Translations under genes and position numbers: made by a program
Source: Alphaproteobacteria bacterium SS10
GTDB lineage: Bacteria > Pseudomonadota > Alphaproteobacteria > TMED2
Reading direction: 5' to 3'
Length of the DNA stretch: 64,000 nt
Assembly (NCBI GenBank): GCA_019192455.1
Contig: JAHCML010000008.1
Coordinates: 638 to 64,637, forward strand
The notes under the pieces: generated by a model
Told to the model about the DNA's origin: nothing
Database searches by the model: none
The model's input: only the letters and a program-made list of their open reading frames with translations
Part shown: one piece after another, positions 29,143-38,916 of the stretch
How the letters are laid out: each line of letters starts with the position of its first letter
Position numbering within the stretch: position 1 is the first letter of the stretch

Positions 29143-29979
29143 ATGGCGATGTCTCGATCAATTCGACCTGGCTTGTTGTTTGGCCTGCTTGCCGTGACCG
29201 CAATCTCGATCTCGCTATCCACGATCAGCACCGCGCCAGCCCAAGCCTTCAATCCCAGCTGTGATGAGCGGGGCAAAGCGATCGATATCGAGCTTGTCAC
29301 CGCCAATCCAAACCGGCCCGGGGCCAGTAGTGAGGCGCGCGATCCAATCCGCATGGCCATTCCCTTCGTCTATCTACCGGTGCCGGGGGAGTATTATGGC
29401 GGGGAGACGGTCAGCCTGATCCTGCGCGCCACCTGGCCAGGGCTGGGGCCTGCCTGCCTCGACCTGACCGAGTTCCCGGAGAATATGGAGCAGGACCCCT
29501 TCGCCCTGATGCAGGCGCGGTTCAACAGCTTGATCACCCTCCATGTGGCCCGGATGGCAGGGCCTGGGCTAGATGCCGAGCTGGCCGGGCAGCAGCGCCG
29601 CGCGCCGTTTGAGCATGGGACAACCGAGGATGGCTCCCTACGCATTTATAAGAGCGTGAGCGGTGAGGACGGGAGCGAGGAGGAGGCAGCTAGACCACCA
29701 GCACGGATGAGCCCATTTGGCGCCCTGCCGATGATGCAGGAGATGGAGCTGCTGCTGCCTGTTGACCCTCTCAACACCAAGCTTGCCTGGATGACCTGTC
29801 TGCGCCTGCCGATCCCGGGTGCCCCAAACCAATGTCAGGCCCGCATTCAGGTGAGTGAGGAAATCCAGGCCGAGATCAGCTTCAATCGTGATCTGCTGCC
29901 GAAATGGCGGGAGGCCTGCGATGAGACGGTCGAGCTGATCAATCGCTTCATCGATACCGCTGATTCTGAGCCGCTATAG
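29143..29979 (+). CDS. secreted hypothetical protein
   Basis: Signal peptide MAMSRSIRPGLLFGLLAVTAISISLS...AQA. Start moved to ATG 29143 within track ORF 29050-29979. Confidence 0.5.
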   Translation: MAMSRSIRPGLLFGLLAVTAISISLSTISTAPAQAFNPSCDERGKAIDIELVTANPNRPGASSEARDPIRMAIPFVYLPVPGEYYGGETVSLILRATWPGLGPACLDLTEFPENMEQDPFALMQARFNSLITLHVARMAGPGLDAELAGQQRRAPFEHGTTEDGSLRIYKSVSGEDGSEEEAARPPARMSPFGALPMMQEMELLLPVDPLNTKLAWMTCLRLPIPGAPNQCQARIQVSEEIQAEISFNRDLLPKWREACDETVELINRFIDTADSEPL

Positions 29980-30087
29980 GGATTATTGAGCGCCAATCCT
30001 TGCGGTGGATGAGTGGCACTCATCACCATAGCGCTTGACCTTGGGCGCCTCGCCGCACATCTAGCGGAGTCTGAATGACCCGCAACA

Positions 30088-30666
30088 ATGACCAGCCGCA
30101 TGACTGACAACGCACACGGGACCGTCACCTGGCACGGCACCACCATCCTAAGCATTCGCAAAAACGGTAAGGTGGTGATCGGCGGTGATGGCCAGGTTTC
30201 CATGGGTGACACCGTGATGAAGGGCACCGCCCGTAAGGTCCGCACCCTGGGCAAGGGCCAGGTGATTGCTGGCTTTGCCGGGGCGACCGCCGATGCCTTT
30301 ACCTTGTTTGAGCGGCTTGAGGCGAAACTTGAGACCTACCCCAATCAGCTGACCCGCGCGGCGGTAGAGCTTGCCAAGGATTGGCGCACAGATCGATACC
30401 TGCGCCGGTTAGAGGCGCTGATGGCTGTCTCTGATGCTAAGACCAGCCTGGTGATCACCGGTAATGGTGATGTGCTGGAACCCGATGACGGGATCATCGG
30501 CATTGGCTCCGGCGGTAACTACGCCCTGGCGGCCGCCCGTGCCTTGATCGACCGGGATGAGCTCTCAGCCCGTGAGGTGGTGGAGAAGGCCATGGGTATT
30601 GCTGGCGATATCTGCGTCTACACCAACCACAATCTGACCATTGAAGAACTAGACAGCGAAGCCTGA
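30088..30666 (+). CDS. hslV: ATP-dependent protease subunit HslV (with N-terminal propeptide)
   Basis: ...[24 protein letters not shown]... Catalytic Thr is preceded by a short propeptide. Confidence 0.9.
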   Translation: MTSRMTDNAHGTVTWHGTTILSIRKNGKVVIGGDGQVSMGDTVMKGTARKVRTLGKGQVIAGFAGATADAFTLFERLEAKLETYPNQLTRAAVELAKDWRTDRYLRRLEALMAVSDAKTSLVITGNGDVLEPDDGIIGIGSGGNYALAAARALIDRDELSAREVVEKAMGIAGDICVYTNHNLTIEELDSEA

Positions 30667-30670
30667 TCCT

Positions 30671-31981
30671 ATGACCGCCTTTAGCCCCCGTGAGATCGTC
30701 TCCGAACTCGACCGCTACATCATTGGCCAGGATGAGGCCAAGCGCGCCGTCGCCATCGCGCTTCGCAATCGTTGGCGTCGGCAACAGCTGGAAAGCCCGA
30801 TGCGGGAAGAGGTGCTGCCGAAAAACATCCTGATGATCGGCCCGACCGGCTGCGGCAAGACCGAGATTGCCCGCCGCCTGGCCAAACTGGCCGAGGCACC
30901 ATTTATCAAAATCGAGGCGACCAAGTTTACCGAGGTCGGCTATGTCGGCAGGGATGTGGAGCAGATCGTCCGCGACCTGATCGAAACTGCGATCACCATG
31001 ATCAAGGATAAGCAGCGCAAGGCGGTCCACGCCCGGGCTGAGCTACTCGCCGAGGATCGGGTGCTTGATGCCCTGGTTGGCGATAACGCGTCTGAGGAGA
31101 CCCGCACCAAATTCCGCGCCCGCCTGCGTAATGGTGAGCTGGATGATCGGGAGATTGAGATCGAGATGGCGGATACCGGCAGTGGTGGTATGCCGACCAT
31201 GGATATCCCCGGTATGCCCGGCGCCCAGATGGGCATGATCAACCTGCAAGACATGCTGGGCAAAGCCCTGGGCCAGCCGATGAAGAAGCGCCGCATGCGG
31301 GTTGCCGACAGCTATGAAGGCCTAGTTGCGGAGGAGGCGGACAAGCTTCTTGACGAAGATAAGGTGCTGACGGAGGCGAAGGAGGCGGTTGAGCAAAACG
31401 GCATTGTCTTTCTGGATGAGATCGACAAGATCTCCGCCCGCTCAGAATACAAGGGCGGGGATGTCAGCCGCGAGGGCGTGCAGCGTGACCTGCTGCCCCT
31501 GATTGAGGGCACCACCGTCTCAACCAAATATGGGGCGATTAAAACCGACCATATACTGTTCATCGCCTCCGGTGCATTCCACGTCGCCAAGCCATCTGAC
31601 ATGCTGCCAGAGCTTCAGGGTCGCCTGCCGATCCGGGTGGAGCTTAAAGCTCTGACTGAGGCTGATTTCCGCCGGATCCTAACCGAGCCAGAGGCCAGCC
31701 TGATTAAGCAGTATGTGGCGCTGATGGGCACGGAGGGGGTGACCCTGGACGTCACTGATGACGCCATTGATGCCCTCGCCAAGCTAACGGTTGAGATCAA
31801 TAGCTCGGTTGAGAATATCGGCGCCCGCCGCCTGCAAACGGTGATGGAACGCCTGTTGGAAGAGATCAGCTACACAGCCTCAGACCGCAAGGGTGAGACC
31901 ATCACCATCGATGCAGAACTCGTCACCGAACGCGTCGGCGAACTCGCCAAAGACGCTGACCTATCGAAGTTTATACTGTAA
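30671..31981 (+). CDS. hslU: ATP-dependent protease ATPase subunit HslU
   Basis: [32 protein letters not shown], Walker A GPTGCGKT. Confidence 0.95.
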   Translation: MTAFSPREIVSELDRYIIGQDEAKRAVAIALRNRWRRQQLESPMREEVLPKNILMIGPTGCGKTEIARRLAKLAEAPFIKIEATKFTEVGYVGRDVEQIVRDLIETAITMIKDKQRKAVHARAELLAEDRVLDALVGDNASEETRTKFRARLRNGELDDREIEIEMADTGSGGMPTMDIPGMPGAQMGMINLQDMLGKALGQPMKKRRMRVADSYEGLVAEEADKLLDEDKVLTEAKEAVEQNGIVFLDEIDKISARSEYKGGDVSREGVQRDLLPLIEGTTVSTKYGAIKTDHILFIASGAFHVAKPSDMLPELQGRLPIRVELKALTEADFRRILTEPEASLIKQYVALMGTEGVTLDVTDDAIDALAKLTVEINSSVENIGARRLQTVMERLLEEISYTASDRKGETITIDAELVTERVGELAKDADLSKFIL

Positions 31982-32019
31982 ATTCTTGCTCATCATAGTA
32001 TGCGTCGGACTAAGGCGAT

Positions 32020-32628
32020 TTGATGAGTAATCTTGCTGAAATTGTAAAGAATCTGAAGGGGGCATTCTACGCTGCATTTGGCGGCCTTATGGCGCTAATG
32101 TTTATCTATTATGGGTTTGATTTTCTATTTTTGAGGAGCCGATTTTTGAATGGCGATGCGATCGTCATTTACCATATGATCGGGTTTATCTCTTTTTTAA
32201 TTGGTTTGCTTGTCCTATCTGTATCTCTAATCGCTTTTACTTTTGTTAAGCTTAATATTACTGATCAGAAACTGAAATATGTATTAGTCTGGTTAATAGT
32301 AGCATTGGGTGTTGCAACAATAATTCTGATGGTCGGTTTTCCCAGAACAATTGGTCAGAATATGGCGTTCCAGAATGGCTATGTCTTGTGTCTAACTCAG
32401 GACTCAATGCGAGATCGTGGCGCTAGGTATTATGCAATCGACCAGGTGGCCTGCGACACATTTAAATCCTATTACGGATCGAGATTAAGGCAGACTACTA
32501 GGGGTGGGTGTTACTCAATAAAGTTAACAAGCGCAGATATCAGGGCGTTCAATAGAGACTATCCCGACAAGATATCTGGTTCCGATGCGCGTCGGCGTGC
32601 CGTACAAGGTCTGATCAGACAACAGTGA
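32020..32628 (+). CDS. AT-rich hypothetical membrane protein (3 predicted TM helices + Cys-containing C-terminal domain)
   Basis: ATG start. Codon usage conspicuously AT-rich (third positions A/T; ~35-40% G+C by eye) in a 60%+ genome. Confidence 0.5.
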   Translation: MMSNLAEIVKNLKGAFYAAFGGLMALMFIYYGFDFLFLRSRFLNGDAIVIYHMIGFISFLIGLLVLSVSLIAFTFVKLNITDQKLKYVLVWLIVALGVATIILMVGFPRTIGQNMAFQNGYVLCLTQDSMRDRGARYYAIDQVACDTFKSYYGSRLRQTTRGGCYSIKLTSADIRAFNRDYPDKISGSDARRRAVQGLIRQQ

Positions 32629-32718
32629 TTAAATTTCTGGCGGATCAGATATCTTTTGCGCTTTCGCATGATGGGCGCAGGGTCGGCTTAACAACGTTAG
32701 TATTAAGCAGTTTGTGCC

Positions 32719-33630
32719 ATGTCTTCACCCGCTACCATGCGTCGGCCCGCCCTTGCGGCCCTTGCTATTGGTGCCACCCTGCCGTCAGGCGGGGCGCTGG
32801 CTGATGACGCCAATTTCGGTCGGTCGCCCGCGCTTTGGCTGGCCCAAGCGACGGTGCCATCAATCACCCAACCTGCCGCGAATGTGTTGGTGCTGGATGC
32901 AAGCCAACTGACCACGGGCGCGATGATTGAGCATGACGGGCCCATTCGCATCTATGGCGACATCGTTGGCACCGGCCCGCGGATTGAGATCCGAACCCCC
33001 GACCTCGAAGTTTTTGGCTCGGTTACCGGTCCGAATATTCATCTGCTAACCCAGCCCCTTGGTGGGGTTGATCTGCACCGGGTGGATGAGCATACCGCCC
33101 GGCTTAAAATCCATGGTGATGTACAGGTTCTAAATGGCCATATCGGTGGTGCCGGTACTGGTGAGCTCGACGTACTTGGCAATGTCTCCCTAAGCGGCTT
33201 TCGAGCCGCTACGGGTATGGTGAGTTCGATGTTCCTGGGCCGTGAGGTCTGCGTTGCCGGCAGCTTGGATGCGACCGGCATTCCTCACGCCGTGATGGTG
33301 GGGGCAGATGATCTTCGGGTTGGTCGCGATGTGACCGGTGCCGATCTCAATATCGGCGTGTACTCGGTTGGCTCGGCCATGACCCATATTCGGGAAGAGG
33401 GCGAGCTGCCCAGTTTCCCAGGCAGCGCCCTCATCGGTGGCAGCGTGCTGGGTGACCGGATTACCATCAGCAATGGTGAGGTCAGCATCGGCGGTATCAT
33501 TCAAGGCGCCGATATCAACATCATGGGCCAGCGTTCACCATTGCTGGTCCTGCCAGAGGATGTCAGCTGCGAAGACCCGGCAGCCCTATCAGACAACCGC
33601 CATCAACCCCCAGCCGCCCGGTTTGGGTAA
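32719..33630 (+). CDS. secreted beta-helix repeat protein (bactofilin/DUF4097-like repeat pattern)
   Basis: Signal peptide MRRPALAALAIGATLPSGGALA, then ~18-20-aa periodic repeats (IYGDIVGTGPRIEI / VFGSVTGPNIHL / IHGDVQVLNGHIGG / VLGNVSLSGF / VGRDVTGADLNIGV / IGGSVLGDRITISNGEVSIGGIIQGADINI). Confidence 0.5.
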   Translation: MSSPATMRRPALAALAIGATLPSGGALADDANFGRSPALWLAQATVPSITQPAANVLVLDASQLTTGAMIEHDGPIRIYGDIVGTGPRIEIRTPDLEVFGSVTGPNIHLLTQPLGGVDLHRVDEHTARLKIHGDVQVLNGHIGGAGTGELDVLGNVSLSGFRAATGMVSSMFLGREVCVAGSLDATGIPHAVMVGADDLRVGRDVTGADLNIGVYSVGSAMTHIREEGELPSFPGSALIGGSVLGDRITISNGEVSIGGIIQGADINIMGQRSPLLVLPEDVSCEDPAALSDNRHQPPAARFG

Positions 33631-33765
33631 GAGTGGTCGGCCTCGACCGGCTTACTTAAGCGGCTAGTTGCGAGCTTGCGATGTGCTCCGCGTACGCCCA
33701 TATGTAAATAGATGTAGCTGGGCATTGGTCGTGAGAACGGCAATGCAATTGCCGATATGGGGTGA

Positions 33766-34368
33766 ATGGTGTCGGGTAAGTTTGAAAAGCCTAGACCTTT
33801 AACATCTAAAGACGAGGCGGATCAGGCAAGGGCCTCCGACCATACTGGGTCACAGCAGTCAAAAGATGGTGCCGGGTTCGTTCTAACCGGCCCACCGAAA
33901 AGCAGCCTTGAGAAGCCGATGGAACGGAACTTGGCACTCGAGCTTTTGATGGAAGATCGCCAAGAGAAGCGATCCCGCACACGTTTCTTCATCAGCTTTA
34001 CCTGCTTCAACGTCATTCTCTTGTTCTTGATGGTGGTGGTTTACGGTTCCCGAGACCGCCCAAGTATCATCACCGCCGGATTGGTAAACCAGAGCCCTGG
34101 GTCATGGACTAATTCGACTGGTCTCATGTTCCTCGTCACTGTCGCAGGGGCTATTGCCATGTCCTACGCATTGGCGAAATTTTGGGCGCTGTTCGTGACA
34201 GAGGGGAACACAATGTTGATCCGCGCGGTTGCCCGGATCATGTGTGTTATGACCTACTTTTCCATTCTGGCTGTTGCCGCCGGTAGCGTCACAGAAGCAA
34301 TTGGATGGTTTTTTACAATGCTGGTGCCAGCATTCCTGTACTGGCTGGCATTCCGGCGTGTTTTTTGA
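33766..34368 (+). CDS. hypothetical small membrane protein (paralogue of 34424-34960)
   Basis: ~65-aa hydrophilic N-terminus then 4 TM helices. C-terminus SVTEAIGWFFTMLVPAFLYWLAFRRVF aligns with SLAEAALYWTGWLIFALFYWVFMSNYFK of the next gene. Confidence 0.5.
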   Translation: MVSGKFEKPRPLTSKDEADQARASDHTGSQQSKDGAGFVLTGPPKSSLEKPMERNLALELLMEDRQEKRSRTRFFISFTCFNVILLFLMVVVYGSRDRPSIITAGLVNQSPGSWTNSTGLMFLVTVAGAIAMSYALAKFWALFVTEGNTMLIRAVARIMCVMTYFSILAVAAGSVTEAIGWFFTMLVPAFLYWLAFRRVF

Positions 34369-34423
34369 TCTTCAGCAATGACCTTGGAGTGGTGCCCTGG
34401 ATAAGCCACCAACCGAACAAGAG

Positions 34424-34960
34424 GTGCGTGAAGCACAGAAGTTGGCCGATGCAGTGCTTCGCAAGAAAACCGGTAAAGGGCTTACTCACCAGCGCGCATA
34501 CTCAAGCCTAGGGGCATTTCGACGCCGGTTTCTCCAGTTGACGGATGATATGAGCGCATCCCAGCAGTACTGGCGCATTCTAACTGTCAACTTATCGATT
34601 ATCGCCGCTCTATTCTTGCTTTCGTTTACTTATCACGCCGGTGGTTACATCGACCAACTGAGTACCGTGGCGAACAGTCACCGACCGGGCAGATGGTTGC
34701 CTGGCCTGGCAACCAACACGATCTGGTGGGTTGGCTGCTCGATCCCCTTCAGCTACGCGATTATGCGGGTTTGGCGGCGTACAACGGTTGGTGATGGGTT
34801 CACCATCGGCGAACTTATCGGCCTAGTAGGCTTTGTCATCATCGCAATCTCATCAACCAGTCTGTTCTTGGGCAGCCTTGCTGAGGCCGCCCTCTACTGG
34901 ACTGGTTGGTTGATTTTCGCACTTTTCTATTGGGTTTTTATGAGCAACTACTTCAAGTAA
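34424..34960 (+). CDS. hypothetical small membrane protein (paralogue of 33766-34368)
   Basis: GTG start per track (ATG alternative at ~34550); same hydrophilic-N/4-TM architecture and conserved aromatic C-terminus. Confidence 0.45.
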   Translation: MREAQKLADAVLRKKTGKGLTHQRAYSSLGAFRRRFLQLTDDMSASQQYWRILTVNLSIIAALFLLSFTYHAGGYIDQLSTVANSHRPGRWLPGLATNTIWWVGCSIPFSYAIMRVWRRTTVGDGFTIGELIGLVGFVIIAISSTSLFLGSLAEAALYWTGWLIFALFYWVFMSNYFK

Positions 34961-34971
34961 GCCCTACTCGC

Positions 34972-36723
34972 TTACCCAAGCATTTTCATCAAGCCGGCAT
35001 CGGCACCGCTGTCGTTGCTCGCCTTGCCCTGGTGCTTGTGCTTGCCGCCGGCTGGCTTGCCGCGACGACGCTTTTGGCCGTGGGCTGGCTTTGAGCCCTT
35101 ATTGAAGCCTTGCTTGTCGTCATGGCGGCGTGACTTGCGCCCGGCAGTGCGGTTGTCGCCCCGGTTCTCGCTTCGGTTCTCACCCCGATTATCACTGCGC
35201 TTCTCATTGCGCCGGTCGGTACGCTTCTCACCTCGGCTATCGCTATAACCGTCTTTGCGGCCATCCTTGCGATCATCCCGATAACCGTCTTGGCGACGAT
35301 CCTGGCGGCCATCATGGTTGTGGGTCTTGCGGCCGCGTTGCTGACGATTGCCGCGTCCTTCACCCTGCCGGTTATCACTGCCGCGGTTGTCACCGTCGCG
35401 GTCTTGTCGGCCCCGACCTTGACCACCTCTACCGTGACCACCCCGGCCTCGGTTGCCACCGTCTTTGCCTTGGCCACGGCGCTTATGGGGGCGTTGGCGA
35501 TCGCCTTGGCGTTCATCTTCCAACTCTTCAAAGCGTTCTTGCTTGCCGCCTAGCTCTGCCGCCATGGCCTGGGCTGCACGCTCGGCATCGAGGGCATCCT
35601 CAATATCCATTTCCATGACTTGGAGTTTGATCTTGGTCAGCTTCTCAATGTCACGGAGGTATTTGCGTTCAGCGCCATCACATAGGGCAATCGCGACACC
35701 ATCACGGCCCGCACGGGCGGTTCGGCCAATGCGGTGCACATAGGATTCTGAGACGCTTGGCAGCTCGTAGTTAATGACGTGGCTGACATCGTCGATATCA
35801 ATGCCGCGCGCGGCCACATCGGTTGCCACTAGGATCCGGATATCGCCTTTCTTAAAGGCGTTCAGCGTGCGCTGCCGGTTGTTCTGGCTCTTATTGCCGT
35901 GGATCGCGGCAGAGATCAGGCCCGCCTTGTCTAGCTGCTTTACGACCCGGTCAGCACCGTGCTTGGTGCGGGTGAAGACGATGGCTCGCTCCACACTACG
36001 GTCGGCAAGCAGTTTGACGAGCACCGCGCGCTTCGCCTGTTGCCGCACATGGATGACCGATTGCTCAATCTTCTCGATGGGTTTTGAGGCAGGTGCCACA
36101 GACACCTCAACCGGGCGGTGCAGGAAGTCATTGGCCAGCTTCCGGATCTGGTCCGGCATGGTGGCCGAGAACATGGCTGTTTGCCGGCTGTTCGGCAGTT
36201 TAGCCATGATCTTCCGAATGGTTGGCATGAAGCCCAGATCAAGCATCTGGTCTGCCTCATCCAGAACGACGGTCGTGGTTTTATCCAGGCGAACCGCGCC
36301 AGTGCTGATGTGGTCCAGCAGACGGCCAGGGGTCGCAATGATGATGTCGAGGCCAGCGGTCAGCGCCTTGATCTGGCCGCCTGGCTTAACGCCGCCAACC
36401 ACCACGGTGGCCTTATGCGGCACATCCTTGCCATAGATTTTGAGGCCGTCGGCGATCTGGGTTGCCAACTCGCGCGTCGGGACCAGAATCAGGGCTTTTG
36501 CCCGGCGCTGGCCGATCTTGTCCTGGTCGCTATTCAGCTTATTCAACAGCGGCAGTAGGAAGGCGGCGGTCTTGCCGGTACCCGTCTGGGCGATACCAAC
36601 CAGATCGGCACCATCCATCAGTGGCGTGATCGCCTGTGCCTGAATAGGGGTTGGCTTGTCATAGCCCTCCGCCTCAATAGCGCGGAGGATTGGCTTAGCG
36701 AGATTAAGATTGCCAAAGGTCAT
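34972..36723 (-). CDS. rhlE: DEAD-box ATP-dependent RNA helicase (RhlE-like) with long Arg/Gly/Asp-rich C-terminal tail
   Basis: Q-motif, Walker A AQTGTGKT, DEAD, SAT, HRIGRTARAG. Start at ATG 36723 (MTFGNLNLAKPILRA). The ~170-aa tail is RG/RD/RQ low-complexity. Confidence 0.85.
   Translation of the reverse strand: MTFGNLNLAKPILRAIEAEGYDKPTPIQAQAITPLMDGADLVGIAQTGTGKTAAFLLPLLNKLNSDQDKIGQRRAKALILVPTRELATQIADGLKIYGKDVPHKATVVVGGVKPGGQIKALTAGLDIIIATPGRLLDHISTGAVRLDKTTTVVLDEADQMLDLGFMPTIRKIMAKLPNSRQTAMFSATMPDQIRKLANDFLHRPVEVSVAPASKPIEKIEQSVIHVRQQAKRAVLVKLLADRSVERAIVFTRTKHGADRVVKQLDKAGLISAAIHGNKSQNNRQRTLNAFKKGDIRILVATDVAARGIDIDDVSHVINYELPSVSESYVHRIGRTARAGRDGVAIALCDGAERKYLRDIEKLTKIKLQVMEMDIEDALDAERAAQAMAAELGGKQERFEELEDERQGDRQRPHKRRGQGKDGGNRGRGGHGRGGQGRGRQDRDGDNRGSDNRQGEGRGNRQQRGRKTHNHDGRQDRRQDGYRDDRKDGRKDGYSDSRGEKRTDRRNEKRSDNRGENRSENRGDNRTAGRKSRRHDDKQGFNKGSKPAHGQKRRRGKPAGGKHKHQGKASNDSGADAGLMKMLG
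34990..35500. repeat. low-complexity coding repeats (RGG/RDG/RQD units) in the helicase tail
   Basis: Protein tail ...GRGGHGRGGQGRGRQDRDGDNRGSDNRQGEGRGNRQQRGRK...RSDNRGENRSENRGDNR... Confidence 0.6.
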
Positions 36724-37120
36724 GTCAGTAGAGTTGGTCAAGTGTCTTGCTTTCAAGTTGCATGCGCCAAACTCAGCCGGACACCGCACGGCAACCGGTC
36801 ATGATGACGGGCGTGCGAGTGTGAGCCGACCAAAGGGCGCGGATCAGTTTTTCAGGAAGCGTGGCGCAGAGCAGCTGCCAAAATTCTAAGTCAATGCAGG
36901 GTCTAAATATGCATTGGGGAAGACGCGGTCCGGTCGGCGTATGTCGCCCTTCATCGGTCTCTACGCGCGTCTGATGCCGCAGGTTTAACCATAACGGCTA
37001 AGAAAGCGCAAATTTACCAACTGCATAGCTGCTGCGCTGCCTTCTATCGTAGACTGGTTGAGTGCCACTCTCGTTGATCGGCTTGATGACGATCACCCGC
37101 TCAAAATACCCTAGATAGCA

Positions 37121-38119
37121 ATGGCAGAGACCGACCAATCCGCGACGAAAGGACAGCCGCCGCCGAACGGCATTCTATTTTTGGCGATGATCGGCGGGGT
37201 TGCACTCTTCTATGCCTACTTCGCATCAAACATCAGGGGTGTCATCGGCCTAGCAGAGCAGTTCCAGGCGCTGACGCCAGTTGTTGAGATAACGGGCAAC
37301 ATCACGACGATCGCCATACAGCTGGCCATCGCCCTTCTTGTTCTGGGCTATATCGTGAAGCAGCTGTTTAGCTTCGGCGTGCCCAATCGTTTTGCGCGCG
37401 GGTTTCTTGCCGTCATCTTTCTCTGGGCGACCTTCTTCCCGCTGCATTGGCTGCGGGGCTATTTCGCCGATGACATCGTCGCCCACAGGCTGGCCACGAT
37501 GCATGGCTATGAGTTCTGCACCGACTATATGGGCCGGATTGAGCGGGGCTCTAAATCCGCAATCAGCAAGCCGTTTCTGATCTTCACCCCATCCAATACT
37601 GAGTGCCTATTTGTAAAATCGGTCCTGCACTATAAGCACCAGCCACGGTTTCCCGGCCTCCAGAGTTTCCAAATGCCGGAGGTTTTCTATTTTCCAGGCC
37701 CAAAGGGGCGATGGGAGAGTTTTGAAGGCGAGGCCGCGCGGTTTATTGAGCGGGTTGGTAACTATGGTCCAAGGCCGACCCCAGAATTGGTCGAGGCCCT
37801 ACCGCCGGACGATCTGGAGCTGCTGAAGCAGCAGTTCACCAGCATGACCAATCTGGAGCGGTGGATCATCCTACGGAAGGGCAGGCTCGCTGGAGCTGGC
37901 GAGCCGCCGCGCAAGATCTACTACCCATCTGAGGGTCTCCTCGATGCCTGGAGCGCCTTAGAGCGGATAGGCTGGGTAACGCCCACCGGGCCGCTGGCCG
38001 GTACCCTGGCAGAGCTGGAGCATGAGGAGAGCCATTGGCTCTTCACCCGTGAAACTGCGCAGGCGTATCGATGGGTGGCAGAGGCGGCCGCAAGAGACTT
38101 GAACGCCGCCCGCGAATAG
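37121..38119 (+). CDS. hypothetical membrane-anchored protein (3 TM + ~200-aa soluble domain)
   Basis: ATG start, N-terminal TM helices, no recognisable domain. Confidence 0.45.
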   Translation: MAETDQSATKGQPPPNGILFLAMIGGVALFYAYFASNIRGVIGLAEQFQALTPVVEITGNITTIAIQLAIALLVLGYIVKQLFSFGVPNRFARGFLAVIFLWATFFPLHWLRGYFADDIVAHRLATMHGYEFCTDYMGRIERGSKSAISKPFLIFTPSNTECLFVKSVLHYKHQPRFPGLQSFQMPEVFYFPGPKGRWESFEGEAARFIERVGNYGPRPTPELVEALPPDDLELLKQQFTSMTNLERWIILRKGRLAGAGEPPRKIYYPSEGLLDAWSALERIGWVTPTGPLAGTLAELEHEESHWLFTRETAQAYRWVAEAAARDLNAARE

Positions 38120-38140
38120 CAGAATGGGCGTCAGCCAGCT

Positions 38141-38857
38141 CTAATCACCCAGGCCCGTAAACTTATAGATTTGGGGATCGCTGACCCCACTCTCATCGGT
38201 CTCGTACCGCTCTTGCTTCCATGGGTCGCCGCGCTTGTGATAGCCGCGTGCCTCCCAGGTGCCGCGATGCTCTTTATCCGTAAACCAGATCTGGCGCAGC
38301 CATTTGGCGGATTTCCAGAAATAGAGATGCGGCACCACCAGCCTAACCGGCCCGCCATGCTCCCGCGTAAGGGGTGCGCCCTCCCAATGGGTGGCGAGGA
38401 ACGCATCCTCATGCAGGAAGTCCTTCATCGACAGCGCGGTGGCATAGCCGTCATAGCTGCGCAGGGTGACGAATTTGGCGGTATGCAGGGGTTGCACCGC
38501 CTTAACGATCTCCCGGGTTGAGATGCCCTGCCAGACATTGTCGAGGCGGGACCAACCGGTAACGCAGTGAATGTCGTTGCGCCATTCCACCTGCGGCCTG
38601 GCCTGGAAATCATGCCAATCCCAATGGATGCGCTTATTGACCATACCGCCCAGGATCAGCTGCCAATCCCGTGGCCGGACCAATGGGTTGTCGCCGATGC
38701 TCAGAACCGGGAAACCCTTGGTTAGGGTCTGGCCGGGTGGCACCCGCGGCTTGGTGGTCGCAATCTCTGCTGCCTGATCTTCCGGCAGCTCAACCAGCAA
38801 TCGACCCTCATCGGCCCATTGCAGCTTGGCGTCCATCAGCTTCCAGTTTATGCCCAT
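38141..38857 (-). CDS. sulfite-oxidase-family molybdopterin-dependent oxidoreductase (no signal peptide)
   Basis: Molybdopterin-binding Cys in HCVTGWS, plus YDGYATAL and GGPVRLVVP characteristic of the SO/MsrP/YedY fold. N-terminus lacks a Tat/Sec signal. Confidence 0.65.
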   Translation of the reverse strand: MGINWKLMDAKLQWADEGRLLVELPEDQAAEIATTKPRVPPGQTLTKGFPVLSIGDNPLVRPRDWQLILGGMVNKRIHWDWHDFQARPQVEWRNDIHCVTGWSRLDNVWQGISTREIVKAVQPLHTAKFVTLRSYDGYATALSMKDFLHEDAFLATHWEGAPLTREHGGPVRLVVPHLYFWKSAKWLRQIWFTDKEHRGTWEARGYHKRGDPWKQERYETDESGVSDPQIYKFTGLGD

Positions 38858-38916
38858 ACCAATCCCTTACCGGTTCCCCCTTAATATAGAAGCGAACGCG
38901 CCCGGCGCGAGATCAC

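Noticed and set aside
30088-30130. Apparent mis-start of hslV (no start codon immediately before catalytic Thr)
   Set aside because: Alphaproteobacterial HslV proteins carry a short N-terminal propeptide before the TTIL... catalytic threonine, so the longer ORF is the expected precursor.
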